From Macrostomum lignano (lineage: Eukaryota), in the NCBI GenBank assembly GCA_002269645.1, contig NIVC01003499.1, positions 1 through 64,000 on the forward strand: a DNA stretch of 64,000 bases, in the 5' to 3' direction. The notes beneath the pieces were generated by a model. It was not told where the DNA came from. It saw only the letters and a list, made by a program, of their open reading frames with translations, and made no database searches. Of this stretch, positions 42,146 to 54,600 are shown in pieces; the first letter of the stretch is position 1, and each line of letters opens with the position of its first letter. The position numbers and the translations under genes are program-made.

Positions 42146-42934
42146 GTTGTGTCACCCGCAATAAGTGAGAAAAATTCATCTCGTTTGAAGGGTGGAACTT
42201 TTGACTGTTGCTGAGTATATCTGAAAAAATGAACGCCAATCTGCATATCTACTCATACAGCACAGCCAGTGCACACAGCAAACAGCCAGAGGAAACACGT
42301 GTCTGTTTTGTCACATGGCTGCATATCCAGTGTCGGAACACATAGAAAAGAACACAAAAAGGAAGAGAGGAGAAAAAAAATCCAGCTGAATTAAAATACA
42401 CTTTTCTTACTATGCTTCTCAAGTGTCTTTTCTTGCCTCTATCCATCAAAATTCTGCATAATTTACCCACCAGGGGACGCGGGTGCACCCCGTCCACCCA
42501 CCCCCAAGAGTGAGCTATTTTTTAGCGTACCCAGTGCGTACAGCCATGCTATTGTACATTCGGATACAGAGAGAGAGAGGGGGGCAGAGAAGGAAGGCAG
42601 GAGGGAGAAGGGAGCAGCTGCGAGGGTGTGCTTTAGGCAAAGCAGCTGCAACCGCCACATCGTTGGAAGCGCGCCGTCAGCGTCCAGCAAGAAGCTCGAC
42701 TGTGAATCTGACCTGGTGTGTGCACTTGGCAGTGACCGACTGCGCTGCGACGTAGTTATTGACAAATTTGGAATCACAAACACTTGAGTAGGATAAGTAA
42801 GTAAAATTGTGTGAAAATTAATACCGCTCAGTACATGGATAGTTGATATGCCTGTGCAGAATGCTCAAGATTCTTGCTCAAAATCCGGCTATATTCAAGT
42901 TTATTTTCTTGCTATGCCTCTAACACTCTGAGCC

Positions 42935-43790
42935 ACTGTCACCCCCTGTCTCTCACTGTAGCACTCTCTGTCTGTACCACTGTCACCCCTGTCTCTCACT
43001 GTAGCACTCTCTGTCTGTACCACTGTCACCCCTGTCTCTCTCACTGTAGCACTCTCTGTCTGTACCACTGTCACCCCTGTCTCTCTCACTGTAGCACTCT
43101 CTGTCTGTACCACTGTCACCCCCTGTCTCTCTCACTGTAGCACTCTCTGTCTGTACCACTGTCACCCCCTGTCTCTCTCACTGTAGCACTCTCTGTCTGT
43201 ACCACTGTCACCCCTGTCTCTCACTGTAGCACTCCATGTCTGTACCACTGTCACCCCCTGTCTCTCTCACTGTAGCACTCTCTGTCTGTACCACTGTCAC
43301 CCCTGTCTCTCTCACTGTAGCACTCTCTGTCTGTACCACTGTCACCCCTGTCTCTCACTGTAGCACTCCATGTCTGTACCACTGTCACCCCCGTCTCTCA
43401 CTGTAGCACTCCATGTCTGTACCACTGTCACCCCCTGTCTCTCTCACTGTAGCACTCTCTGTCTGTACCACTGTCACCCCTGTCTCTCACTGTAGCACTC
43501 TCTGTCTGTACCACTGTCACCGCCTGTCTCTCTCACTGTAGCACTCTCTGTCTGTACCACTGTCACCCCTGTCTCTCACTGTAGCACTCTCTGTCTGTAC
43601 CGCTGTCACCCCTGTCTCTCACTGTAGCACTCTCTGTCTGTACCACTGTCACCCCCTGTCTCTCTCACTGTAGCACTCTCTGTCTGTACCACTGTCACCC
43701 CCTGTCTCTCACTGTAGCACTCTCTTTCTGTACCACTGTCACCCCTGTCTCTCACTGTAGCACTCTCTGTCTGTACCACTGTAACCCCCT
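42935..43790. repeat. ~43-45-bp minisatellite (CACTGTCACCCCTGTCTCTCACTGTAGCACTCTCTGTCTGTAC)
   Basis: Direct inspection; grades into the 24-bp array. Confidence 0.92.
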
Positions 43791-46700
43791 GTCTCTATCA
43801 CTGCCCAACTCCCTGTCTCTTTCACTGTCACCCCTCTGTCTCTTTCACTGCCCAACTCCCTGTCTCTATCACTGTCACCCTCCCTGTCTGTTTCACTGTC
43901 ACCCTCCCTGTCTCTCTCACTGTCACCCTCCCTGTCTCTATCACTGTCACCCTCCCTGTCTCTATCACTGTCACCCTCCCTGTCTCTTTCACTGTCACCC
44001 TCTCTGTCTCTTTCACTGTCACCCTCCCTATCTCTATCACTGTCACCCTCCCTGTCTCTATCACTGTCATCCTCCCTGTTTCTATCACTGTCACCCTCCC
44101 TGTTTCTATCACTGTCACCCTCCCTGTCTCTATCACTGTCACCCTCCCTGTTTCTATCACTGTCACCCTCCCTGTCTCTATCACTGTCACCCTCCCTGTT
44201 TCTATCAATGTCACCCTCCCTGTCTCTATCACTGTCACCCTCCCTGTCTCTATCACTGTCACCCTCCCTGTTTCTATCACTGTCACCCTCCCTGTCTCTA
44301 TCACTGTCACCCTCCCTGTCTCTATCACTGTCACCCTCCCTGTTTCTATCAATGTCACCCTCCCTATCTCTATCACTGTCACCCTCCCTGTCTCTATCAC
44401 TGTCACCCTCCCTGTTTCTATCAATGTCACCCTCCCTGTCTCTATCACTGTCACCCTCCCTGTCTCTATCACTGTCACCCTCCCTGTTTCTATCACTGTC
44501 ACCCTCCCTGTCTCTATCACTGTCACCCTCCCTGTTTCTATCAATGTCACCCTCCCTGTCTCTATCACTGTCACCCTCTCTGTCTCTATCACTGTCACCC
44601 TCCCTGTCTCTATCACTGTCACCCTCCCTGTTTCTATCACTGTCACCCTCTCTGTCTCTTTCGCTGTCACCCTCTGTCTCTTTCACTGTCACCCTCTCTG
44701 TCTCTTTCGCTGTCACCCTCCCTGTCTCTATCACTGTCACCCTCCCTGTCTCTTTCACTGTCACCCTCCCTGTCTCTTTCACTGTCACCCTCCCTGTTTC
44801 TATCACTGTCACCCTCCCTGTCTCTATCACTGTCACCCTCCCTGTCTCTATCAATGTCACCCTCCCTGTCTCTTTCACTGTCACCCTCCCTGTCTCTATC
44901 AATGTCACCCTCACTGTCTCTATCACTGTCACCCTCCCTGTCTCTTTCACTGTCACCCTCCCTGTCTCTTTCACTGTCACCCTCCCTGTTTCTATCACTG
45001 TCACCCTCCCTGTCTCTATCACTGTCACCCTCCCTGTCTCTATCACTGTCACCCTCCCTGTTTCTATCACTGTCACCCTCTCTGTCTCTTTCGCTGTCAC
45101 CCTCTGTCTCTTTCACTGTCACCCTCTCTGTCTCTTTCGCTGTCACCCTCCCTATCTCTATCACTGTCACCCTCCCTGTCTCTATCACTGTCACCCTCCC
45201 TGTCTCTATCACTGTCACCCTCCCTGTTTCTATCACTGTCACCCTCCCTGTCTCTATCACTGTCACCCTCCCTGTCTCTTTCACTGTCACCCTCCCTGTC
45301 TCTTTCACTGTCACCCTCCCTGTCTCTATCAATGTCACCCTCCCTGTCTCTATCACTGTCACCCTCCCTGTCTCTTTCACTGTCACCCTCCCTGTCTCTT
45401 TCACTGTCACCCTCCCTGTCTCTATCAATCTCACCCTCACTGTCTCTATCACTGTCACCCTCACTGTCTCTATCACTGTCACCCTCCCTGTTTCTATCAC
45501 TGTCACCCTCCCTGTCTCTATCACTGTCACCCTCCCTGTCTCTATCACTGTCACCCTCCCTGTCTCTTTCACTGTCACCCTCCCTGTCTCTTTCACTGTC
45601 ACCCTCCCTGTCTCTATCACTGTCACCCTCCCTGTCTCTATCACTGTCATCCTCCCTGTTTCTATCACTGTCACCCTCCCTGTCTCTATCACTGTCACCC
45701 TCCCTGTCTCTATCCTGTCACCCTCCCTGTCTCTATCACTGTCACCCTCCCTGTTTCTATCACTGTCACCCTCCCTGTCTCTATCACTGTCACCCTCCCT
45801 GTCTCTATCACTGTCACCCTCCCTGTCTCTATCACTGTCACCCTCCCTGTTTCTATCACTGTCACCCTCTCTGTCTCTTTCGCTGTCACCCTCTGTCTCT
45901 TTCACTGTCACCCTCCCTGTTTCTATCAATGTCACCCTCACTGTCTCTATCACTGTCACCCTCCCTGTCTCTATCACTGTCACCCTCCCTGTTTCTATCA
46001 CTGTCACCCTCCCTATCTCTATCACTGTCACCCTCCCTGTCTTTATCACTGTCACCCTCCCTGTTTCTATCAATGTCACCCTCCCTGTCTCTATCACTGT
46101 CACCCTCCCTGTCTCTATCACTGTCACCCTCCCTGTCTCTATCACTGTCACCCTCCCTATCTCTATCACTGTCACCCTCCCTGTCTCTATCACTGTCACC
46201 CTCCCTGTCTCTATCACTGTCACCCTCCCTGTTTCTATCAATGTCACCCTCCCTGTCTCTATCACTGTCACCCTCCCTGTCTCTATCACTGTCACCCTCC
46301 CTGTCTCTATCACTGTCACCCTCCCTGTTTCTATCACTGTCACCCTCTCTGTCTCTTTCGCTGTCACCCTCTGTCTCTTTCACTGTCACCCTCTCTGTCT
46401 CTTTCGCTGTCACCCTATCTGTCTCTATCACTGTCACCCTCCCTGTCTCTTTCACTGTCACCCTCCCTGTCTCTATCACTGTCACCCTCCCTGTTTCTAT
46501 CACTGTCCTCCTCCCTGTCTCTATCACTGTCACCCTCCCTGTCTCTTTCACTGTCACCCTCCCTGTCTCTTTCACTGTCACCCTCCCTGTCTCTTTCACT
46601 GTCACCCTCCCTGTTTCTATCACTGTCACCCTCCCTGTCTCTTTCGCTGTCACCCTCTGTCTCTTTCACTGTCACCCTCCCTGTTTCTATCAATGTCACC

Positions 46701-47835
46701 CTCCCTGTCTCTATCACTGTCACCCTCACTGTCTCTATCACTGTCACCCTCCCTGTCTCTTTCACTGTCACCCTCCCTGTCTCTATCACTGTCACCCTCC
46801 CTGTCTCTATCACTGTCATCCTCCCTGTTTCTATCACTGTCACCCTCCCTGTCTCTATCACTGTCACCCTCCCTGTTTCTATCACTGTCACCCTCCCTGT
46901 CTCTATCACTGTCACCCTCCCTGTCTCTATCACTGTCACCCTCCCTGTTTCTATCAATGTCACCCTCCCTATCTCTATCACTGTCACCCTCCCTGTCTCT
47001 ATCACTGTCACCCTCCCTGTTTCTATCAATGTCACCCTCCCTGTCTCTATCACTGTCACCCTCCCTGTTTCTATCACTGTCACCCTCCCTGTCTCTATCA
47101 ATGTCACCCTCCCTATCTCTATCACTGTCACCCTCCCTGTCTCTATCACTGTCACCCTCCCTGTCTCTATCACTGTCACCCTCCCTGTTTCTATCAATGT
47201 CACCCTCCCTGTCTCTATCACTGTCACCCTCCCTGTCTCTATCACTGTCACCCTCCCTGTCTCTATCACTGTCACCCTCCCTGTTTCTATCACTGTCACC
47301 CTCTCTGTCTCTTTCGCTGTCACCCTCTGTCTCTTTCACTGTCACCCTCTCTGTCTCTTTCGCTGTCACCCTCCCTGTCTCTATCACTGTCACCCTCCCT
47401 GTCTCTTTTACTGTCACCCTCCCTGTCTCTTTCACTGTCACCCTCCCTGTTTCTATCACTGTCACCCTCCCTGTATCTATCACTGTCACCCTCCCTGTCT
47501 CTTTCACTGTCACCCTCCCTGTCTCTTTCACTGTCACCCTCCCTGTCTCTATCAATGTCACCCTCACTGTCTCTATCACTGTCACCCTCCCTGTCTCTTT
47601 CACTGTCACCCTCCCTGTCTCTTTCACTGTCACCCTCCCTGTTTCTATCACTGTCACCCTCCCTGTCTCTATCACTGTCACCCTCCCTGTCTCTATCACT
47701 GTCACCCTCCCTGTTTCTATCACTGTCACCCTCTCTGTCTCTTTCGCTGTCACCCTCTGTCTCTTTCACTGTCACCCTCCCTGTCTCTATCACTGTCACC
47801 CTCCCTGTCTCTATCACTGTCACCCTCCCTGTCTC
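43790..47835. repeat. ~4-kb 24-bp satellite (CACTGTCACCCTCCCTGTCTCTAT) with higher-order repeats
   Basis: Roughly 165-170 monomers. The diagnostic TTTCGC variant recurs at 44661/45091 and 47314/47744, both pairs 430 bp apart. Confidence 0.95.
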
Positions 47836-48654
47836 CCTTTGTCGCTTTCTCTGTCTCTTGCCAGGCGTATCTCATATACTTCCAAATCTCAGTGATCATC
47901 CATCTTTTTGCCTTTATCTCAAGCAAACTTTTTAACATTCGTTTAAGGACTTATTTCAACTGAAACTTTGAAACGTCCATAACACTGTTGATTTTGCGTT
48001 CTGCACTTTGTAAACTGAACAAATGCCCAGTGCTTGCTCGAATTTCTTATGCATACATCCTGCCCCTGACTTCTCTCCTGTCATTCCCTTCCAGTGCAAA
48101 ACCAGTCTCCCTATTTCCTATCTTTTACCCTCCATCGATTTCCCTTCCCAAAAACCGGGATAGGTGACACCTCATTGGTGGCAAGCCTCTGGGATCCTGC
48201 CATTGCCAGACGTGAGAAGGGTGAGAAATTATCTGGGCCATCCATAAAAAGCAGCCTTTGCTCAAGCCAAACTGAAAGCACAGCTCTCTTGTGCTTTCAG
48301 GGTAACATCTGGAAAAACTCTGGAAACTCCTATTCTACTGCTGTGCTTAAAAGTAAGTCGTCAGTGTCATTTTGTTAAGAACTTACGCATGTTCCTATTT
48401 TTAACAGAAACAAGCTCTTGTATATCTTACGATACATGTTGCTACACTGGCTGTGCGTTCTCTCAATAGTTTCTCAAATCGAATCGAATATGCTTTGTAT
48501 GGACACTGTAGGCACTTTATACTCTTCAAAGTGAAGCTAAATAAACACGCAGACAGAGATACACGTCGTAGCTACACTTTGTTCCAATAGCAACCGATTC
48601 ACTCACTCTTGAACTTATATTTGACGCGCAGACCTTTGCCAGACTCTCAAACTA

Positions 48655-51600
48655 ATGGAGCCTGCGACATCGAATGCTTCAGCTGGGGAGAAGAGTCAAC
48701 ACGTGGCAGGTAAGAACCTTGTCTATGACGTAGGTATTGTCACTTTTTGTCAAAGGCGTCGTCACTACGTTGGAAAGCTTTTCTGTCAGGAACTGTATGG
48801 GCAAAGGTATTGTCACCCTTAGTTACTATCGCCTTTCAATGGCCAGTGGAATCGAACTTGTACCAAGTCATGATTCGGTCATCACCACCTTGTCGAATTA
48901 CCAAACCTCACGGTTTATAATTCTTTCATCATCGTCAGCAGTGGAGTAGGCCTCATCAAATTTCTATCTTTCCAGTATCGCTTCAGCAGGCGGACCAGAC
49001 TGCCTCTTCATCGCTGGTGGCCGCAGAAGACTCCGAGAGCCGCATTCAGCAGCGACGTCAGCAGCGCAAACGTCGTCAAAATCGCGGCGGTTCCTCAAGT
49101 CACCGGCCGCTGCTCTCAAGCGGCGGCGACGCAGCTGGCGCAGTTTTTGAAGGCGGCCGCGACGAAGATCTGCTGAACGACTTCAATGAAAGCAGCAGCT
49201 CGGACAGCGACGTGGACACGGAGCGGAGTTTCCGAGTCATCCGGCCGGTGTACACTCAGCAGCAGTTCGACGAGAAGCACGGCGGTCGATTAGTCCGGAG
49301 ACCACTGCTGGCCAGACTGCGGGACAGCGCCAAGAAGTTGGTGACGTGCGGCGCCGGCTCCGGCCGTAGCGATGATGGAGATGGCGAAAGTGGCCACAAT
49401 TGCAGCAGAGCAAAGACGCAGCTTCTAGGCTTTCTGCCATTTATCGGCATTCTCAAGCGCTACAACATCCGGGATTGGCTGCTGGCTGACTTCATCTCTG
49501 GTAAGATAAAGTTTGGATGAGCATTTTTCTGTTCGTCTGTACTTTAGATTTTGCGTTTTTTTGCGTCTGACGCAATTTGGCACCTATGACACCCAATTGT
49601 CTTAATGCGAAGCCTGATTGATCACCTCTGACACTCGATTGTCCTAATGCGGGGCCTTATTGATCACCTCTGACACCCAGTTGTCCTGATGGTGGCATGA
49701 CTGATCACCTCTGACACCCGATTGTTCTAATGCGAGGCATGACTGATCACCTCTGACACTCGATTGTCCTAATGCGAGGCATGACTGATCACCTCTGACA
49801 CCCGATTGTCCTGATGCGTGGCATGACTGATCACCTCTGACACCCGATTGTCCTAATGCGAGGCCTGATTGATAACCTCTGACACCCGATTGTCCTAATG
49901 CGAGGCCTGATTGATAACCTCTGACACCCGATTGTCCTAATGCGAGGCCTGATTGATAACCTCTGACACCCGATTGTCCTAATGCGAGGCCTGATTGATA
50001 AGCTCTGACACCCGATTGTCCTAATGCGAGGCCTGATTGATAACCTCTGACACCCGATTGTCCTAATGCGAGGCCTGATTGATAAGCTCTGACACCCGAT
50101 TGTCCTAATGCGAAGCCTGATTGATAACCTCTGACACCCGATTGTCCTAATGCGAGGCCTGATTGATAACCTCTGACACCCAATTGTCCTAATGCGAAGC
50201 CTGATTGATAACCTCTGACACCCAATTGTCCTAATGCGAGGCCTGATTGATCAACCTCTGACACCCGATTGTCCTAATGCGAGGCCTGATTGATCAACCT
50301 CTGATACCCAATTTAGCACTGCTGCACTGTTGACACCCGGTTTTAACGCCCCAGATATTCATAATATCTTATGCCTAAAAAATTTATTGAAACAAAATAC
50401 GAGTTACGCTTGTAAAAAGGGGTTTAGTCAGGCATACAAACCTTGAAGCCTGATGCTCTTCGATCTCCAACCCGGTGTTCTCTGTTGTTTACCAAGAGAC
50501 TTTCTTCCCACCGAAAAATCTTATAGGGGCTCAAAATTCGATTACCCGGTTAATTTTCTTCCCATCCTTGGCTCTAAAGTATACCATGTACTTCGTTCAG
50601 TCTAATCTGCCAAATCCATACCGATCCAAGATCTATTTTTAGTGACACCTACTTAACCGCATCTGGCAAATGATAGATTTAATAATGAGATCTCGTATCG
50701 ATTAGGAATTTCTTGACTCTCTCGTCGAACAATCTGAATTTGTCAGATCGAGAATGATTGATTTTGCCCGAGGGCCAGATGCGAATTCTCGGGACGTCGA
50801 TGGGCCTTGGGATTTTTCTAGACGACTTTTTTACTGATTGATTTTCTGTTCTCGCAAAGAACACGCGCCGACCCGTCAGTTTCTGACTGCCGAGCTTCGA
50901 CACGAAATGGGGTCGATTGGATTCGAAATTAAAAATCGTGCTGACCAAAACATTTTTCGGATTTATTGGCAATCTTTTTTATCGGTTTCAATTAAAAAAT
51001 GAATACTGATTCAATAGCTAAATTCCAAGCTCAAACTGCGCACTGAGGTTCCGACAGACCGTAAGGCTTACTAAACGAAACAAGAGGTCCATTTGAGTCG
51101 TTACTGAGTCAAGTGCTCGGCATTTTCGCACCTGGATAATATTAAAGATTGAAATTGTTTACAGACTCCTTTGAACAAGTTAAAAGGGATGAAAACTGCT
51201 AAGGGAAGATTTTTGTCATTATAAATATTTTGTTATAATCTTTAATTAATACCTCACTAAAATTCCCACACAGGCCTGACAGTCGGCATCATGCACATAC
51301 CCCAGGGCATGGCCTACGCTTTCCTAGCAGAGCTGCCACCCTACATCGGACTCTACACGTCGTTTTTTCCGCCGCTGATCTACTTCTTCTTTGGCACATC
51401 ACGCCAGGTATCCATGGGCACGGTGGCCATCATCTCTCTGCTGGTTGGCGGTCTGGTTAGCAAGAATTTCCCAGCTACGCTCGGCTCAGCAGTTGGGAGC
51501 TTTGACAATGAGACAACCACCGCCATAGCCAGTCAGCAGTTGACGCTTGATTTGAATGGCAACGATAGCACGGTGGGGTCCGGCTCACCGTTCCAGTGGA

Positions 51601-54600
51601 GCTCCGACCCCGTCAGCAGGAATCGGGTTGCGCTGGCTTGCGTTACCTGCCTGTGCGTTGGCCTCATCCAGGTGATTATAAAATGTATGATGTTCAAGGT
51701 ATTGAAGTTTCGTCTGGCTGGCATCTAATAGAATCTGGAAATGGGAGAAATCCAACGCTTTTCGGTATAATCCAATCTTGCCGAATGCGTTGTCGACGCC
51801 TCATCTCGAAGCTAATTTTCCCCGCAGATATTTCGATTTGGTAAGAAGTAAAACCCTGTCGCTAAATAAGACACCGGTCGACTCGCAGACAGGGAGGAGT
51901 CAAGCAGTCATGCCCCTTCCACTGAGCCCTGAGCACAACACGCACACGAATAGAATATGTACACTGCAGCCACGCATTCACACAGTGTGTACAGGGTGAC
52001 TTTTTCGTCGTCAGCCATGTACACTCTGTCTGCCTTGGGGGTTAGCCCTCATGCACTTTAATCACACAACAAGCCCCTAATGAACCTCAAATTTTCGAAC
52101 CTTTAAAGCCTCAGTTTGTTGCTAGTTTAATTTACTTGTACATGCATAAAATGCCCGCATATTTTATTAATCATTTTCCCAGCTTGCGATGGGTGTCCTG
52201 CGGCTCGGATTTCTAACGCGCTACCTCAGCGACCCGCTGATCTCCGGCTTCACAATGGGCGTCGCGATTCACGTGTTCTCCAGCCAGATCAAATACGTTC
52301 TTGGAATTGAAGTGCCCAGGCGAAACGGCGTGTTCAGCCTGCCTCTGGTGAGCTGGGATCTTTCTTGTCATCAATCAACTTAGTCCAATGCTCTCAAGCT
52401 GAAGCAGCAATCAGTTTCCTCTCCTGGGGACCAAAGTGCAGGCCAGCTAAGCAGATGTGTAAATCCAACTTTCTCTCCCCATCTGGCTGCCCTTATCTGC
52501 CCGGAAAATCCCAGTTCTAACTCAGGGCGCCGTTTCGCATCCAGAGATGCACGAGTTATGAAGTTAATGGAAGTTCTCCATCATCGCATACCCGCCGGGA
52601 TTGGAGTCTGGACAAAATTAGACCCGGATCTGAGAGGTTCGCCTCACCCAGTAATGCATTGCCTGTCGTGCAATAACAGCAGAAACCTAAATAAGATTTT
52701 ATTAAGATGATTACATACACCTAATGGTCTCGAGTAGTGCAACGGTGTTAATAACAGTGAATCAGTCGGACGTGTTCTCGAGTACTCTTCAATGTGATAA
52801 CTTTCTTCCAAAAAAATTGCAGCACTATTTTGATCTGCTGCGCAACATCACGGAGACAAACTTCGTTACGGTGGGCATAGCAGTTGTCTCCATAGTGATC
52901 CTGTACGTCACCAAGGAGCTCGTGAATCCCAAGGTTAGGAAACGGATCAAAGCGCCTCTACCAATCGAACTGCTCATTGTGAGTACCATTTAAAAAAATT
53001 ATATCTACTCCATAACAATGTCAGTCAAGTGAGCCATTGTCATTCAAATTTTTCATTTTAGGTTAGCCTTGGCACCATTCTTTCCTACTTCCTGGATTTA
53101 AAGAAAAATTACAATGTCAAGATTGTCGGCACAATACCCACTGGGTGAGTTGCAGGCCTTCCACGCGTCTTTTAGGGGAGTTCAATGAAGTCCTACCGCC
53201 TGGGCATGGATCGTAATTGATTTATTCTATATAGTGTAGAACTGTTGAATGAAGTCTGCTGTTACAGTAGCCTACTGCTCCTTTTCCCTTCAGCGACTGT
53301 TGCCCCTCCTCTCAGATCCTTCAGTGCCTGCTGCCCTCCCTCAGATCCTTCAGTGCCTGCAGCCCCTCCTCTCAGATCCTTCAGTGCCTGCTGCCCTCCC
53401 TCAGATCCTTCAGTGCCTGCTGCCCCTCCCTTCAGATCCTTCAGTGCCTGCTGCCCCTCCCCTCAGATCCTTCAGTGCCTGCTGCCCCTCCTTTCAGATC
53501 CTTCAGTGCCTGCTGCCCCTCCCCTCAGATTCTTCAGTGCCTGCTGCCCCTCCCCTCAGATCCTTCAGTGGCTGCCGCCCCTCCCTTCAGATCCTTCAGT
53601 GCCTGCTGCCCCTCCCTTCAGATCCTTCAGTGCCTGCTGCCCCTCCCCTCAGATCCTTCAGTGGCTGCTTCCAATCCCCTCAGATCCTTCAGTGCCTGCT
53701 GCCCCTCCCCTCAGATCCTTCAGTGGCCCCTCCCCTCAGATCCTTCTGTGGCTGCTGCCCCTCCCCTCAGATCCTTCAGTGGCTGCTGCTCCTCCCCTCA
53801 GATCCTTCAGTGGCTGCTGCCCCTCCCCTCAGATCCTTCAGTGGCTGCTGCCCCTCCCCTCAGATCCTTCAGTGGCTGCTGCCCCTCCCCTCAGATCCTT
53901 CAGTGGCTGCTGCTCCTCCCCTCAGATCCTTCAGTGGCTGCTGCCCCTCCCCTCAGATCCTTCAGTGGCTGCTGCTCCTCCCCTCAGATCCTTCAGTGGC
54001 TGCTGCCCCTCCCCTCAGATCCTTCAGTGGCTGCTGCCCCTCCCCTCAGATCCTTCAGTGGCTGCTGCCCCTCCCCTTCAGATCCTTCAGTGGCTGCTGC
54101 CCCTCCCTTCAGAGCTTTCAGTTGCTGCTGTAACTTCACCAAGCATATGTAATAAAGGCCATCACCTACTGTACCTCGCAGCCAGCATTTTCAACTATTC
54201 ATATTAGTTCCTGCAATCATTTATTTAATTATGTGCCCCAAATAGAATTCCACCACCAGAGCTGCCGGACTTCAGCATCCTTCGAGCCTCAATGGCCATT
54301 GAAATTGTCACCATCGCCATCATAGCCTTCTCAGTTTGCGTCTCGCTAGCTAAGATATTCGGCAAGAAGCACAATTATGAAGTTGCGCCAAGTCAGGTAA
54401 GACTAAATTTAGTTTTAATACTACGTGATAGTGATTTAGAATTCAGCCAGCAGAATACCAAGTTAAACCAAAACTTACTTGCATCGGAGTCTAAATTGAC
54501 TTTCCAGTTGCACAAGTAAAAAGCAGTTTTCCTTAATTCAACAGGAGCTCATTGCCTACGGAATCTGCAACACGGTCGGCTCCTTCTTCCATTGCTGGCC

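Noticed and set aside
43739-47963. Very long ORFs (up to 1251 aa; SLSLSP, VTLPVSIT, CHPPCLYH, DRDREG repeats)
   Set aside because: They are translations of a stop-poor 24-bp satellite, open in several frames on both strands. The same applies to ORFs over the other minisatellites.
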